A DNA stretch of 32,000 nt from Halomicronema hongdechloris C2206 (GTDB taxonomy: Bacteria; Cyanobacteriota; Cyanobacteriia; Phormidesmidales; Phormidesmidaceae), in contig NZ_CP021983.2 of the NCBI RefSeq assembly GCF_002075285.3, forward strand, positions 1,230,001 through 1,262,000. Reading direction: 5' to 3'. How positions within the stretch are numbered: the first letter of the stretch is position 1; the number at the start of each line of letters is the position of its first letter. Positions 1-8,482 of this stretch are shown piece after piece. A program made the translations under genes and the position numbers. Below the pieces are notes generated by a model. It ran no database searches and was not told where the DNA came from. It saw only the letters and a list, made by a program, of their open reading frames with translations.

Positions 1-4
1 GGGC

Positions 5-1324
5 TTGATCACTGCACTGACCGCTAGTCTGATAGGGCTCCAAGCGATAGGGACAGATGCGATGCTCCAAAGGAGCCGCTTCGCGATCGCACAATTAGGG
101 GATACCAATCGTCCTACCGCCGCCGCCCAACCCTCCCCGTCGCCGTCTGTTCCCTTGCCGCCTCGCTTGGCAGAGCCTCCGTCCTATCTATGGCTAGTGC
201 TGATGCCCCTGATTCCCTTGCTAGGGGGAGGATTCACCTACCTGAAACGACGGCTGCTGCCGCTATCGGTTCGGGAGTGGGACCGCCTCATGATCGTAGG
301 GATTACTTACTTACCCCTGATGGGGTTAGCCCTGGCCGGTGTAACTGCCTTTGTCGCCTATGGTCTGCTGCGAGGTCATCTGAAACAACCGGCTCTAGAG
401 GCGCTGGAGCGCATTATTGATCGCAAGCATCAGACCCTAGACAGTTGGTTTACCCAACAACGTCAGGCCCTACAGACGCTAGCGAACACAACTACGGTCC
501 AGACCAAGGCCGTGGCCCTGTTGCAATCAAATGGGGCGGCAGCCTCGACGGCCCAGGCCCTAGATGACTATCTGAGTGATTTTGAGGGCTTTGGGACCAG
601 TTGCCCTACCATTACCTTGCTAGATCGGCAGGGAATCGTTGTCTTCGCGACTGACTCCCGTTGGCAAGGTCGCCAGCGACCTAGGGTCAGCGGGGTGACT
701 CGGCCATTGGCCGCCCCGCCCTATCTCTACATTTCCCCCCTGACGGAACAGCCCCACATGACCCTGAAGGCTCCCATCGTCAATGATGGCGGGGAATTCG
801 TCGGGGTGCTGGCGGTAGATCTCGATCTTGGGGATCTGCATACCCGCATTCATCAGCCGTTGCCTGATCCGCTAACTGTCGATAGATCCTGGGGACTGCA
901 GACCGAGACGTATCTGGTGGGACAACCCCCACAGCTGGAGCAGGCGATTCTGCCAGGTCATCCCCAGGGACGGGCAGATGCCTCGGCACACCGCCATCGT
1001 TTCACGAGGGTATCGAGTTGGGCCGTGCAGCGGGTCTTAGCCGGCATCGATGGCTCGGGAACCTACCTCAACCACGACAACATCCCTGTCATTGGTGCCT
1101 TTCGCTGGGCCGATCAGTATAATCTGGCCTTGGTGGCTGAACTCACGCAAGCTCAAGTATTTCAGCCGGCTCGCCAGCTGACTACCGGGATCCTGGGCGG
1201 TGGCATCGTGCTCACCGCAGTGTTGTCTGTGGGGCTATACCCCCTGAAACGGCGCTTACAACGGCGGGTCGACAAAGCAGTGAAGCAGTTTCCCCCATCG
1301 TCTATCAAGTCGTCTTCCCATTGA
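5..1324 (+). CDS. Membrane-anchored Cache-like extracytoplasmic sensor-domain protein without a recognizable output domain; the N-terminus may lie outside the window
   Basis: The frame is open from the window edge; the first in-frame starts are TTG at 5 and ATG at 65. It has a Pro-rich N-terminus and two predicted TM helices (SYLWLVLMPLIPLLGG; MIVGITYLPLMGLALAGVTAFVAYGLL). A soluble region of about 300 aa resembles the periplasmic Cache/dCache modules of cyanobacterial sensor kinases. A final TM helix (ILGGGIVLTAVLSVGLY) is followed by only about 30 aa, with no HAMP, kinase or GGDEF motifs. Confidence 0.5.
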   Translation: MITALTASLIGLQAIGTDAMLQRSRFAIAQLGDTNRPTAAAQPSPSPSVPLPPRLAEPPSYLWLVLMPLIPLLGGGFTYLKRRLLPLSVREWDRLMIVGITYLPLMGLALAGVTAFVAYGLLRGHLKQPALEALERIIDRKHQTLDSWFTQQRQALQTLANTTTVQTKAVALLQSNGAAASTAQALDDYLSDFEGFGTSCPTITLLDRQGIVVFATDSRWQGRQRPRVSGVTRPLAAPPYLYISPLTEQPHMTLKAPIVNDGGEFVGVLAVDLDLGDLHTRIHQPLPDPLTVDRSWGLQTETYLVGQPPQLEQAILPGHPQGRADASAHRHRFTRVSSWAVQRVLAGIDGSGTYLNHDNIPVIGAFRWADQYNLALVAELTQAQVFQPARQLTTGILGGGIVLTAVLSVGLYPLKRRLQRRVDKAVKQFPPSSIKSSSH

Positions 1325-1351
1325 CAGGCTAGTATGCCGGCTGTGGCTGTG

Positions 1352-3748
1352 TCACGGCTGTGGCATGGGTAGCCGCTGGGAACTGGCATCGGCCAATAGC
1401 AGGCATTGGTTAGTGGCTTGAGCCCTGCCTAGGGCGGCACTCGCTGCTTGGTAGAGGGTTTGTACGCTTTGGCCATGGTGGGGAAAGATCGCCAGGCCGG
1501 CCCGGCAAACCGCTTGAATGGCATGGTGCTCGGCTTGGAAATGCTGTTGCTGAAAGGCGGTGAATACCTCTAGAAGTCGTTGTCGGGCATGGGGTTGACT
1601 GATGCCGTAAAGCCCCACTACCAAGGTATCGCTGTTCCAACGGCATAAGACATCTTCTTGGCGAAACCGCTGTTGTAGTAATTGGCCGAGATAGGACAGT
1701 ACGTGATTCCCTAGCTCATGGCTGTGCTGATGATGGCAGGCAGAGAGGGGGTCAATGGCAACTAAGGCGAGGGAGAATTCTTGTTGTTGCCGCTGCGCCA
1801 GCCGCAGTAGCCGTTGCAGGTCTTCTGTGCCCCGTCGTCGGTTACTGAGGCCGGTCAGGTCATCTATATAGGGGAGTTGCCGTTGACTGCGGGTGTGTTC
1901 TAGGCGAGTCAGAATACGCGCTACTAATTCTGGGCCAATGACTGGTTTGCGGACAAAATCATCGGCTCCGGCTAAGAAGCTCTGTTGAATTTGCTCGGGA
2001 TCGCCGTGGGCCGAGAGAAATAAGACGGGCAGGTCATGCCAGTGGGGATGATTGCGTACTGCTTGGCAGAGCTCAATGCCACTGATGTCAGGCATTTCGA
2101 TGTCCAGAATCAGCAGGTCTGGCACGAGGTCCTCTAGGGTAGTCCAGAAGTGGGTGGGATGATCTAGCAGGCCGAGGTGGAAACCCCAGGGTTGCAGAAT
2201 GTGGTGTAGGTGGTCCAGGATGTGTAGATCGTCATCGACGATTAGCAGGTGTTCAGCCGGTCGCAGGCCCGTGTTGAGGACCTGCACTAAGGTGACGAGG
2301 ATTTGGGAGGGGGGAGTTACACTCTGCAAGATGGCCTGGGCTCCAGCTTGGATGAGTTTGACCCGCACCTCCAGGGTCTGCTGGTCGAGTAACCCCACCA
2401 CAGGCATATGACGGCTGAGTTCCCGGACCGAGGCCAAGACGGTGGCCAGGGGCTGATCATTTAAGTCCAGCAGAGCCAATTGCGGCGAGGCACTGGCGAA
2501 GGACTGGCGGGCCGCTTCCATGTCTACCGTTACCATGAGTTGGACATCCCAGGGGGAGACTTCCTGCTGGATGTGCTGGACCAACTCCTCGTTTGGGCTA
2601 ATCAGTAAGACTGGGATTTCTAGGGGAGTGGCAGAAAAGGTCGATTTGGTGGCGGCGGTGATCGTAGAGGGTAGGGGCTGATGGAGGATGGCCCGCAGCT
2701 GGTCGAGCCGGTCGAGCAGCTGAGTCAGTGTGGCATCGGCGAGGGGAGACTCTGCTGCTAGGGACTGCTCTAAGGTGCGAGCGATCTGGGTGCCTTCTGG
2801 AAACCCAAAGCATCCCAAAGAGCCAGCGAGTTTGTGGGCTTCTTGATGGAGGGCTGATTGCAGGGGAGTCTGAGTTGCATCCTGGCGCAGGTGTTGGGCT
2901 TGACGCTGCATGGTGTCTACCCGATGGAGGAAGGTGGCTCGGTGCTGCTCTAGCACCGTTTGAATTGTCCGGGTATCGGTATCATCTGTCAGGGACGAGA
3001 TGGAGGGGGGAGTGGGCCAGGGGTCTGGTAGGGCCTTGAGCCGGTAGCCGAGGCCGTAGACGGTTTCAATGATGTCGTCTTGTAGGCCACTGGCGCGTAA
3101 TTTCCTACGCAGGCCTTTGATATGGACTGTGATGGCGTTGTCGGAGGGGCTGTCTTCGAAGCTCCAGAGACGCTCGATGATGGCGCTGCGGCTGAAGACT
3201 CGTTGGGGATTGCGCAGGAAGAGTTCTAGCAGTTGATATTCTTTGGCGGTCAGGGCTATTTCTTGGCCCTGGTAGGTGACTTCTCCGGCAATGGGGTTGA
3301 GCTGTAGGTCGCCCCAGTGGAGGATGGTGTCGGTGATGGCGTTGCCGCGGCGCAGCAAGGCCCGAATCCGAGCCAAGAGCTCGGGCAGATAGTAAGGCTT
3401 CACCACGTAGTCATCGGCACCGGCATCCAGGCCAGCCACAATATCGGCGTGGGCGTCCTTGGCCGTTAGCAGCAGGATGGGTTGTTGATAGCCGTGCGAT
3501 CGCAACTCGCAACAGACACTGAGGCCATCAAGGGACGGTAGCAGCCAATCCAGCAAAATCAGATCGTAATTCCAAGTCTGAGCTAGAGACAGGGCCGTCT
3601 GACCATCGGCAGCAACGCTCACCTGATAGTGATGCTGGCTCAGCGCCTCTGCCAGGGCAGCACTGGTGTCTTTATCATCATCAACCACCAATATCTTTAC
3701 CGCTGAAGGCCGGGCTGGCGGTGGAGAAGGGGGACTCGATGGCGGCAT
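1352..3748 (-). CDS. Multidomain response regulator: REC - OmpR-type winged helix - HPt - receiver-like - REC - degenerate GGDEF
   Basis: 798-aa ORF. REC1 is canonical (KILVVDDD, DLILLDWLLPSLDG, LLLTAKD, DDYVVKP). An OmpR-type wHTH follows (LTAKEYQLLELFL, TVHIKGLRRKL, GLGYRL), then an HPt motif (HKLAGSLGCFGF). Next is a receiver-like domain lacking the acidic pair (VLLISPNEE, LALLDLN), then a canonical REC (LLIVDDD, LLILDIEMPDISG, DDFVRKP). The GGDEF fold begins DDLTGLSNRR but has NSDTL where GGDEF should be, and an RxxD I-site (RQED) is retained 5 residues upstream. Confidence 0.85.
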   Translation of the reverse strand: MPPSSPPSPPPARPSAVKILVVDDDKDTSAALAEALSQHHYQVSVAADGQTALSLAQTWNYDLILLDWLLPSLDGLSVCCELRSHGYQQPILLLTAKDAHADIVAGLDAGADDYVVKPYYLPELLARIRALLRRGNAITDTILHWGDLQLNPIAGEVTYQGQEIALTAKEYQLLELFLRNPQRVFSRSAIIERLWSFEDSPSDNAITVHIKGLRRKLRASGLQDDIIETVYGLGYRLKALPDPWPTPPSISSLTDDTDTRTIQTVLEQHRATFLHRVDTMQRQAQHLRQDATQTPLQSALHQEAHKLAGSLGCFGFPEGTQIARTLEQSLAAESPLADATLTQLLDRLDQLRAILHQPLPSTITAATKSTFSATPLEIPVLLISPNEELVQHIQQEVSPWDVQLMVTVDMEAARQSFASASPQLALLDLNDQPLATVLASVRELSRHMPVVGLLDQQTLEVRVKLIQAGAQAILQSVTPPSQILVTLVQVLNTGLRPAEHLLIVDDDLHILDHLHHILQPWGFHLGLLDHPTHFWTTLEDLVPDLLILDIEMPDISGIELCQAVRNHPHWHDLPVLFLSAHGDPEQIQQSFLAGADDFVRKPVIGPELVARILTRLEHTRSQRQLPYIDDLTGLSNRRRGTEDLQRLLRLAQRQQQEFSLALVAIDPLSACHHQHSHELGNHVLSYLGQLLQQRFRQEDVLCRWNSDTLVVGLYGISQPHARQRLLEVFTAFQQQHFQAEHHAIQAVCRAGLAIFPHHGQSVQTLYQAASAALGRAQATNQCLLLADASSQRLPMPQP

Positions 3749-3838
3749 ATGCGATACCTGATAGGCACCTATAGGACGATGGTAACGATCCCACGCCTGC
3801 TTGGGGACGTTGCGCCAGCATTATGATGACTATGGGGA

Positions 3839-4732
3839 CTAGGCATTGGCTGGATAGGCGACTTGCCTGAGCAGGGTCATCGGCCCCACCGCCTTGAGCA
3901 GGGCCAGTTGATCGGGGTTTTTGACCAGAAGAGAGCCGGCAAACCCCAGGGAGTTGACGGGGATGGAGCGATAGCTCTCTTGCGATCGCACCACCACCAT
4001 CATCCACTGGTGTGTCAGCAATAGGTTATAGGGGGCCGACGGTTGCGGCGTCTGCAGCGACACCCCCAGGGCAGTCAGCAAGGCCCCGTAGGTGGCCAGT
4101 AAGCGAGCGGCAGCCTGCATGGGCTGACTCCAGTCGAGCGATAGTGAGACAATCCGATGCTGGAATGGCAAGCTGGGCACCGTATCTGGAACTGCTGCCG
4201 GCATCGCCTCAGCAATCAAGGCATTGAGTGGCACCGCTGGGGCCTCGGGAGCTAGGGGTAAGGGAACCAGCTGTAGATGCTTATGGCGCTGGCTCGCCCC
4301 TGCCCGGGTGCCGCTATTGTAGAACCCGAGACCGTCGATCTCTGCCATGGCTACTGCAAGCGCCTGAAAATCTGCCAAAGTCAGCCAACTATCCTGCTCT
4401 TCAAAGGCACGAGTGATGATCAAAATATGATGGGCTACCACATTGAACTTATTGAGCAGGCACACATGGGTCTCGGAGAGATTGGCGACAAATAGATCCT
4501 CTTCATAAGGCAAAAACGGATTGAAATCTCGTGGCTGCTGCCGCTTAGCCCGTTCTTTGCGGACGAGATTGGCCAGAATCCTGACTAGAAACCACATGCC
4601 CGCTTGTTCTAAGAACTGATATCGGGTATCGATGGGCTGCAGCGCGCCGCAGGCAAGGGCATGTTGGGTCTGGGTCTGAACCCTGGGCCAGAGCCGATCC
4701 GATGCCCGGGGCGGAGGCGACGACAGTGCCAT
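3839..4732 (-). CDS. ATP adenylyltransferase / Ap4A phosphorylase II-like protein (Apa2 family, HIT/GalT-like)
   Basis: 297-aa ORF with LLNKFNVVAHHILIITRAFEEQ and the HxHxQ nucleotidyl-transfer motif (RHKHLQLVPLP). Length and motif order match the Apa1/Apa2-type family. It runs in the same direction as the regulator downstream, with a 90-bp gap. Confidence 0.65.
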   Translation of the reverse strand: MALSSPPPRASDRLWPRVQTQTQHALACGALQPIDTRYQFLEQAGMWFLVRILANLVRKERAKRQQPRDFNPFLPYEEDLFVANLSETHVCLLNKFNVVAHHILIITRAFEEQDSWLTLADFQALAVAMAEIDGLGFYNSGTRAGASQRHKHLQLVPLPLAPEAPAVPLNALIAEAMPAAVPDTVPSLPFQHRIVSLSLDWSQPMQAAARLLATYGALLTALGVSLQTPQPSAPYNLLLTHQWMMVVVRSQESYRSIPVNSLGFAGSLLVKNPDQLALLKAVGPMTLLRQVAYPANA

Positions 4733-5020
4733 AAGCTACAGCAGAGAAACAGTCAATTGCACTCTACCAAACCTATCAGATCACCCTGGGCAGGAAGCGG
4801 AACAGGGGAAAGGGTAGTACGAGTGAGGGGGATGGGGAAAGTGCTAGCTGCCGTATTAACTGCTCGCGACGAATTAAACGATCGAGATAAAACTAAACTC
4901 GGCGTTATGCTTTTTAATGCTTTTTTATGATTACGAAGCTGCCTAAAGCTCATGGTTCCAGCCATTTTGAAGCGATCAAAATAGATACTTTACAAAGAAA
5001 TCCGATGGCCTCTGACAGAA

Positions 5021-5083
5021 TGATCCCAGAAAATAATGATCCCAGAAAATAATGATCCCAGAAAATAATGATCCCAGAAATAA
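5021..5083. repeat. 16-bp tandem repeat TGATCCCAGAAAATAA, three perfect copies plus one copy with a 1-nt deletion
   Basis: Read directly: the copies are at 5021-5036, 5037-5052 and 5053-5068, with a variant from 5069. The repeat lies in an AT-rich divergent intergenic region between the Apa2-like gene and the CBS-GAF gene. A further CCAGAAAT core occurs near 5119. Confidence 0.9.
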
Positions 5084-5206
5084 GGCCGAAATGTTTTATT
5101 CCTAACATAGGAAATAACCAGAAATACTGACCATGGCCACTCAAAGCCTAGGACAATTTTGCCCCCAATAGGGTCCTAGTCGGGGAGGCTGATCAGCACT
5201 TAACTT

Positions 5207-6916
5207 ATGGGTCGCAGCTATCGATCCCCCGATCAAGTTCGAAACAATTGGATACGGGTTTTCCCTATGGCAACATCTGCTCCTCATCTCACGCCTATTG
5301 TTGACGGCAGCATCGATCGAGACCCCTTGATGGTGGGGCCGACCACGTCGCTGATCGAGGTGTTGGCCCTCATGAGTCAAACCCTCAGCGTCCAGCAGCA
5401 AGGGGTATCTCAGGCGTTGATCTCGCCAGGGAGTCGCGATCGCAGCAGTAGTGTCTTGGTCGTTGAAAACCATCGCCTCATGGGAATTTTTACGGAGCGA
5501 GATCTGGTCAAACTAGTGGCTGCCCAGCATTCCCTGGCGGGAGTCGAGGTGGGGCAAGTCATGAGTTCAGAGGTGGTGGTGGTGGCGGTCGAGCAGCTGA
5601 CGGATATTTTTGTGCCCCTAGACCTCATGCGTCGGCACCATATCCGGCATCTGCCAGTGGTAGACGCCGACTATCATCCCCTAGGACTGATTACCCAGCG
5701 AAAGCTGCTGCAGACCCTAAAACCCGGCACCTTGCTACGCTTTCGGCCGGTTGCCGATGTCATGACCCCTGATGTGGTGCAGGGGCCACCTACCATGACC
5801 CTGCTGCAGGTGGCCAGATTAATGCGAGATCGCCTAGTCAGCTGTGTGGTGATCACGGCGCCAGTGACTCAGGGGATTAACCGTGAACCGAGTGCCGCCC
5901 GGACGGTGGGGCGAACGCCCGTGGGCATCATCACCGAGCGGGACCTGGTGCAAGTAAAAGCCCTAGAGTTTGACTTCGAGCAGATTCAAGCTCAGGTGGT
6001 GATGAGTACCCCCCTTTTCTTAGTCAGACCTGAAGAGATGTTACTCAAGGCCCAGACCTTGATGCGAGAGCGTCGGCTGCGACGGCTAGTGGTGGCAGAC
6101 GGCGATGGCCAATTGCGCGGTATCCTGACCCAGAGCAGTCTGTTGCGGGTGCTCACCCCTGGTAAGCTATACAACACTGTGAGTCAACTGGAGCAGCGCC
6201 TAGTCAGGCTAGAGGCCGAAAAGAAGGCCCTGACAGTGAATCAAAATGCTGAATTAGAGCATCAACTCGAGGATCAGAGCCACTGCTTGGAGCAGCATCT
6301 CAGTTACAGCAATTTCCTGGAGCAGCTGTCGCACCAAGTGTGGGCGGCAACCGATCTAATCACACTGTTTAAGTGGGCCATGGCCGATCTCAATCGCCTG
6401 TTGCGGGCCAACCGCATGCTGACCTATCAATTTGCCACGGCTAACACTGGGTTGGTGATTGCGGAAGCCATTCAAGGCCCCTGGACTAAATTGATTGGCC
6501 GCTTCGTCGAAGACCCCTGTTTTGACGAAGAAGTGGGGGATTTTTATCGCCAAGGTCACTGCCGGGCGATTCAAGATATTTATGATATCCACCTCAGTGA
6601 TTGCCATCGCAGTCTCTTGGAGCTGCTTGAAGTCAAGGCGTATATCGTAGTGCCCCTAGTGGTGCCGGTGAATCCGATGGCACCGCCTGATGGTCAGATG
6701 CTGTGGGGCTTATTGATGGCCCAACAATGTGATAGTGCCCGGGCTTGGGATGCCCTTGAGTTGAGCCTCCTGAGGCAAGTGGCCATACTGCTGGCGATCG
6801 CGGTGCAAAAGTTAGCACTCATGTATAAGCGGCCGCCTCAACCGATTGATGCGAATCATCCCCTGGTGACTGCAACATCGCTACCGGCAATTGCCTTGGC
6901 GTGTTCCCTCGAGTAG
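5207..6916 (+). CDS. Four CBS domains (two Bateman pairs) - coiled coil - GAF domain protein, no enzymatic output domain
   Basis: 569-aa ORF. It contains repeated CBS-like units (VLVVENHRLMGIFTERDLVKLV; IRHLPVVDADYHPLGLITQRKLLQTL; VSCVVITAP...VGIITERDLVQV; LRRLVVADGDGQLRGILTQSSLLRVL). A heptad-like linker follows (LEQRLVRLEAEKKAL), then a GAF-like C-terminal half (RMLTYQF...GLVIAEA...VKAYIVVPLV...LWGLLMAQQC...W). The start is uncertain: ATG at 5207 or ATG at 5267 (MATSAPHL). Confidence 0.8.
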   Translation: MGRSYRSPDQVRNNWIRVFPMATSAPHLTPIVDGSIDRDPLMVGPTTSLIEVLALMSQTLSVQQQGVSQALISPGSRDRSSSVLVVENHRLMGIFTERDLVKLVAAQHSLAGVEVGQVMSSEVVVVAVEQLTDIFVPLDLMRRHHIRHLPVVDADYHPLGLITQRKLLQTLKPGTLLRFRPVADVMTPDVVQGPPTMTLLQVARLMRDRLVSCVVITAPVTQGINREPSAARTVGRTPVGIITERDLVQVKALEFDFEQIQAQVVMSTPLFLVRPEEMLLKAQTLMRERRLRRLVVADGDGQLRGILTQSSLLRVLTPGKLYNTVSQLEQRLVRLEAEKKALTVNQNAELEHQLEDQSHCLEQHLSYSNFLEQLSHQVWAATDLITLFKWAMADLNRLLRANRMLTYQFATANTGLVIAEAIQGPWTKLIGRFVEDPCFDEEVGDFYRQGHCRAIQDIYDIHLSDCHRSLLELLEVKAYIVVPLVVPVNPMAPPDGQMLWGLLMAQQCDSARAWDALELSLLRQVAILLAIAVQKLALMYKRPPQPIDANHPLVTATSLPAIALACSLE

Positions 6917-6982
6917 TCTGCGTCGCATGCACCACGTTCTGGTTGACGCTGCCGCGCGTAGCTCCTTAACCCACGGCAGCCA

Positions 6983-7486
6983 TCAATAGAGCCAATCTCG
7001 GTATTGGGGATGAGCTTTCATCTCTTCGAAGAGCCATACCATGCGGTCAATAAACCAGGTTTTCCCCAGAATCACCCAGGATAGGCCCAGCAGCGTTGGC
7101 CATAGTGCCAGGGTGATGATTCCCCAGAGGCATGTCACAAACCCGACGGCATTAATCAAATTCGTGACCGCAATCACCGGTCGATGATGGCCAGGAATCG
7201 GCACCTGCTTTTGATTCAGCCAGACTCGCTCACCCAGCACGCCTTTGGAGGCCCAGTTGTGGGTGCTGCGAGGTTTGGGAAACAGTCGTGGGTTCAGCCA
7301 AATCCAGAGCAGCACTAGGCCCGCTGGCACCAGCGCCCACCAGCCCCACCAGAACCGGCTCCACCCGGCCAGCACCAGCAGCGGCAAACTGGAATAGCGG
7401 CTCCAAACACTCCAGGGATTGGTGTGACGCTGCCAGACGCGATCGCTCATCTGGAAAAGCTGAGCAATTCTTTCGCCATAGGTCAT
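6983..7486 (-). CDS. Conserved integral membrane protein (possibly DUF6653-like)
   Basis: The ORF runs to 7582 but that start is TTG, so I prefer the first ATG at 7486 (MTYGERIAQL). It has Trp-rich hydrophobic segments (LPLLVLAGWSRFWWGWWALVPAGLVLLWIWL; VGFVTCLWGIITLALWPTLLGLSWVIL). It is co-directional with the membrane protein at 7717-8364. Confidence 0.55.
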   Translation of the reverse strand: MTYGERIAQLFQMSDRVWQRHTNPWSVWSRYSSLPLLVLAGWSRFWWGWWALVPAGLVLLWIWLNPRLFPKPRSTHNWASKGVLGERVWLNQKQVPIPGHHRPVIAVTNLINAVGFVTCLWGIITLALWPTLLGLSWVILGKTWFIDRMVWLFEEMKAHPQYRDWLY

Positions 7487-7716
7487 GGGGCAGTCTCTCC
7501 AAGCATGTGCAGCGAGCTGATTGGCCACGCGTTCAAACGCCCATCGCCGCTCGGGTGGCAAAGATAACGATACCAATCCCAAGCAATTCCATTGTGATGC
7601 CGTAGATCAGTCGTTGCAATGGACTGAGAGCAGGCACTGCGATCGCAGCCGCACAGCAGTGAGGCTCTAGCAGCCCAACGCTGCCCGCGCCAGACGACAT
7701 ACAGCAGCAGGCTGAA

Positions 7717-8364
7717 TTAAATTTTGGGCGGCGTGGACTGGCTGGCAGTCGGTCGATCCGTCTCCTCTGGCACCAGATGACTAACCAGCAGCTTCAAGAA
7801 CAAAAAGGGTAGCAGCCATTCTAGGCCGGGCGTCGGGGTGAGCCAGTAGCGATCGCCCAGCAACGCCAACCCATACAGCCCTAGCGCGATGGGACGCTGG
7901 AGATAGCGGTGCGATCGCACAATCACCAGCGAGGCCATGAGGAGATATGCGGAAACGCCCCCAAAGAAGCCCCAATCGCCGCTGCGCAACACCAGCGCCA
8001 CCAGCAAAATATGTACCAGGTGCAGACAGACAAAGGCAAAGTGCTGCCGCCATCCCTGGCCGGGACGGTGATACCACCGCTTGGCGGTGGCCGTGGCATT
8101 GGTGAGTACGCCACCTACCATGTCCAACCCCAGAAAAGCAATTAAGCCCAGCTGAAGTGGCGTCCACTCCACCGGTAAAGAGCGGGCATAGAGCGGAGCG
8201 ATGATGGCGGCGGCGATCGCCGGCCCCAACTGCAACCACAGTTCCGCCTTCGTTGCCTTGGGCCCGGTCAACCGATCCAATCCTCCCAACCACCCAGGCC
8301 GTGGCTGGAGACTTGCCCGACTCGCTACGGCCTCTGGCCCAGTTTGCGCTTGACTAACTGACAT
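7717..8364 (-). CDS. Polytopic membrane protein of unknown function, divergent from the TetR gene
   Basis: 215-aa ORF with an ATG start and 5-6 hydrophobic helices (e.g. LGPAIAAAIIAPLY, LGLIAFLGLDMVGGVL, FAFVCLHLVHILLVALVL, FFGGVSAYLLMASLVIV). Its start lies 13 bp from a palindromic operator pair. Confidence 0.6.
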   Translation of the reverse strand: MSVSQAQTGPEAVASRASLQPRPGWLGGLDRLTGPKATKAELWLQLGPAIAAAIIAPLYARSLPVEWTPLQLGLIAFLGLDMVGGVLTNATATAKRWYHRPGQGWRQHFAFVCLHLVHILLVALVLRSGDWGFFGGVSAYLLMASLVIVRSHRYLQRPIALGLYGLALLGDRYWLTPTPGLEWLLPFLFLKLLVSHLVPEETDRPTASQSTPPKI

Positions 8365-8376
8365 TGCTTAACCCTT

Positions 8377-8412
8377 ATAACAGTCGTTATGTACAGATAT
8401 AACAACTGTTAT
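8377..8412. promoter_or_regulatory. Two 14-bp palindromes (ATAACAGTCGTTAT and ATAACAACTGTTAT), candidate TetR operators
   Basis: Read directly: the half-sites ATAAC/GTTAT lie at 8377-8390 and 8399-8412, with centres 22 bp apart (about two helical turns). The pair sits in the short divergent region between the membrane-protein gene and the TetR gene. Confidence 0.55.
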
Positions 8413-8482
8413 GATAATCTGTCATGTCAGTGGACCAACCACTCAGCATTCTGGCCCTGGTTTTTCCGTGGATGCAGCGCTG

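Noticed and set aside
5021-5083. Possible CRISPR array, given the regular short repeats
   Set aside because: The copies are directly adjacent with no spacers, the unit is only 16 bp, and no cas genes are present. It is a simple tandem repeat.
4950-5144. 64-aa ORF across the 16-bp tandem repeat
   Set aside because: Its sequence is dictated by the repeat (IIFWDHYFLGSLFSGIIL), the DNA is AT-rich and non-genic in composition, and there is no Shine-Dalgarno.
7781-8293. Long antisense or alternative-frame ORFs inside real genes (also 16320-16622, 21433-21792, 26112-26492, 28239-28787, 23208-23525 and others)
   Set aside because: These are shadow ORFs, expected in GC-rich DNA. Their composition is Arg/Pro/Gly-rich, they carry no motifs, and each is fully embedded in a gene with strong family signatures.
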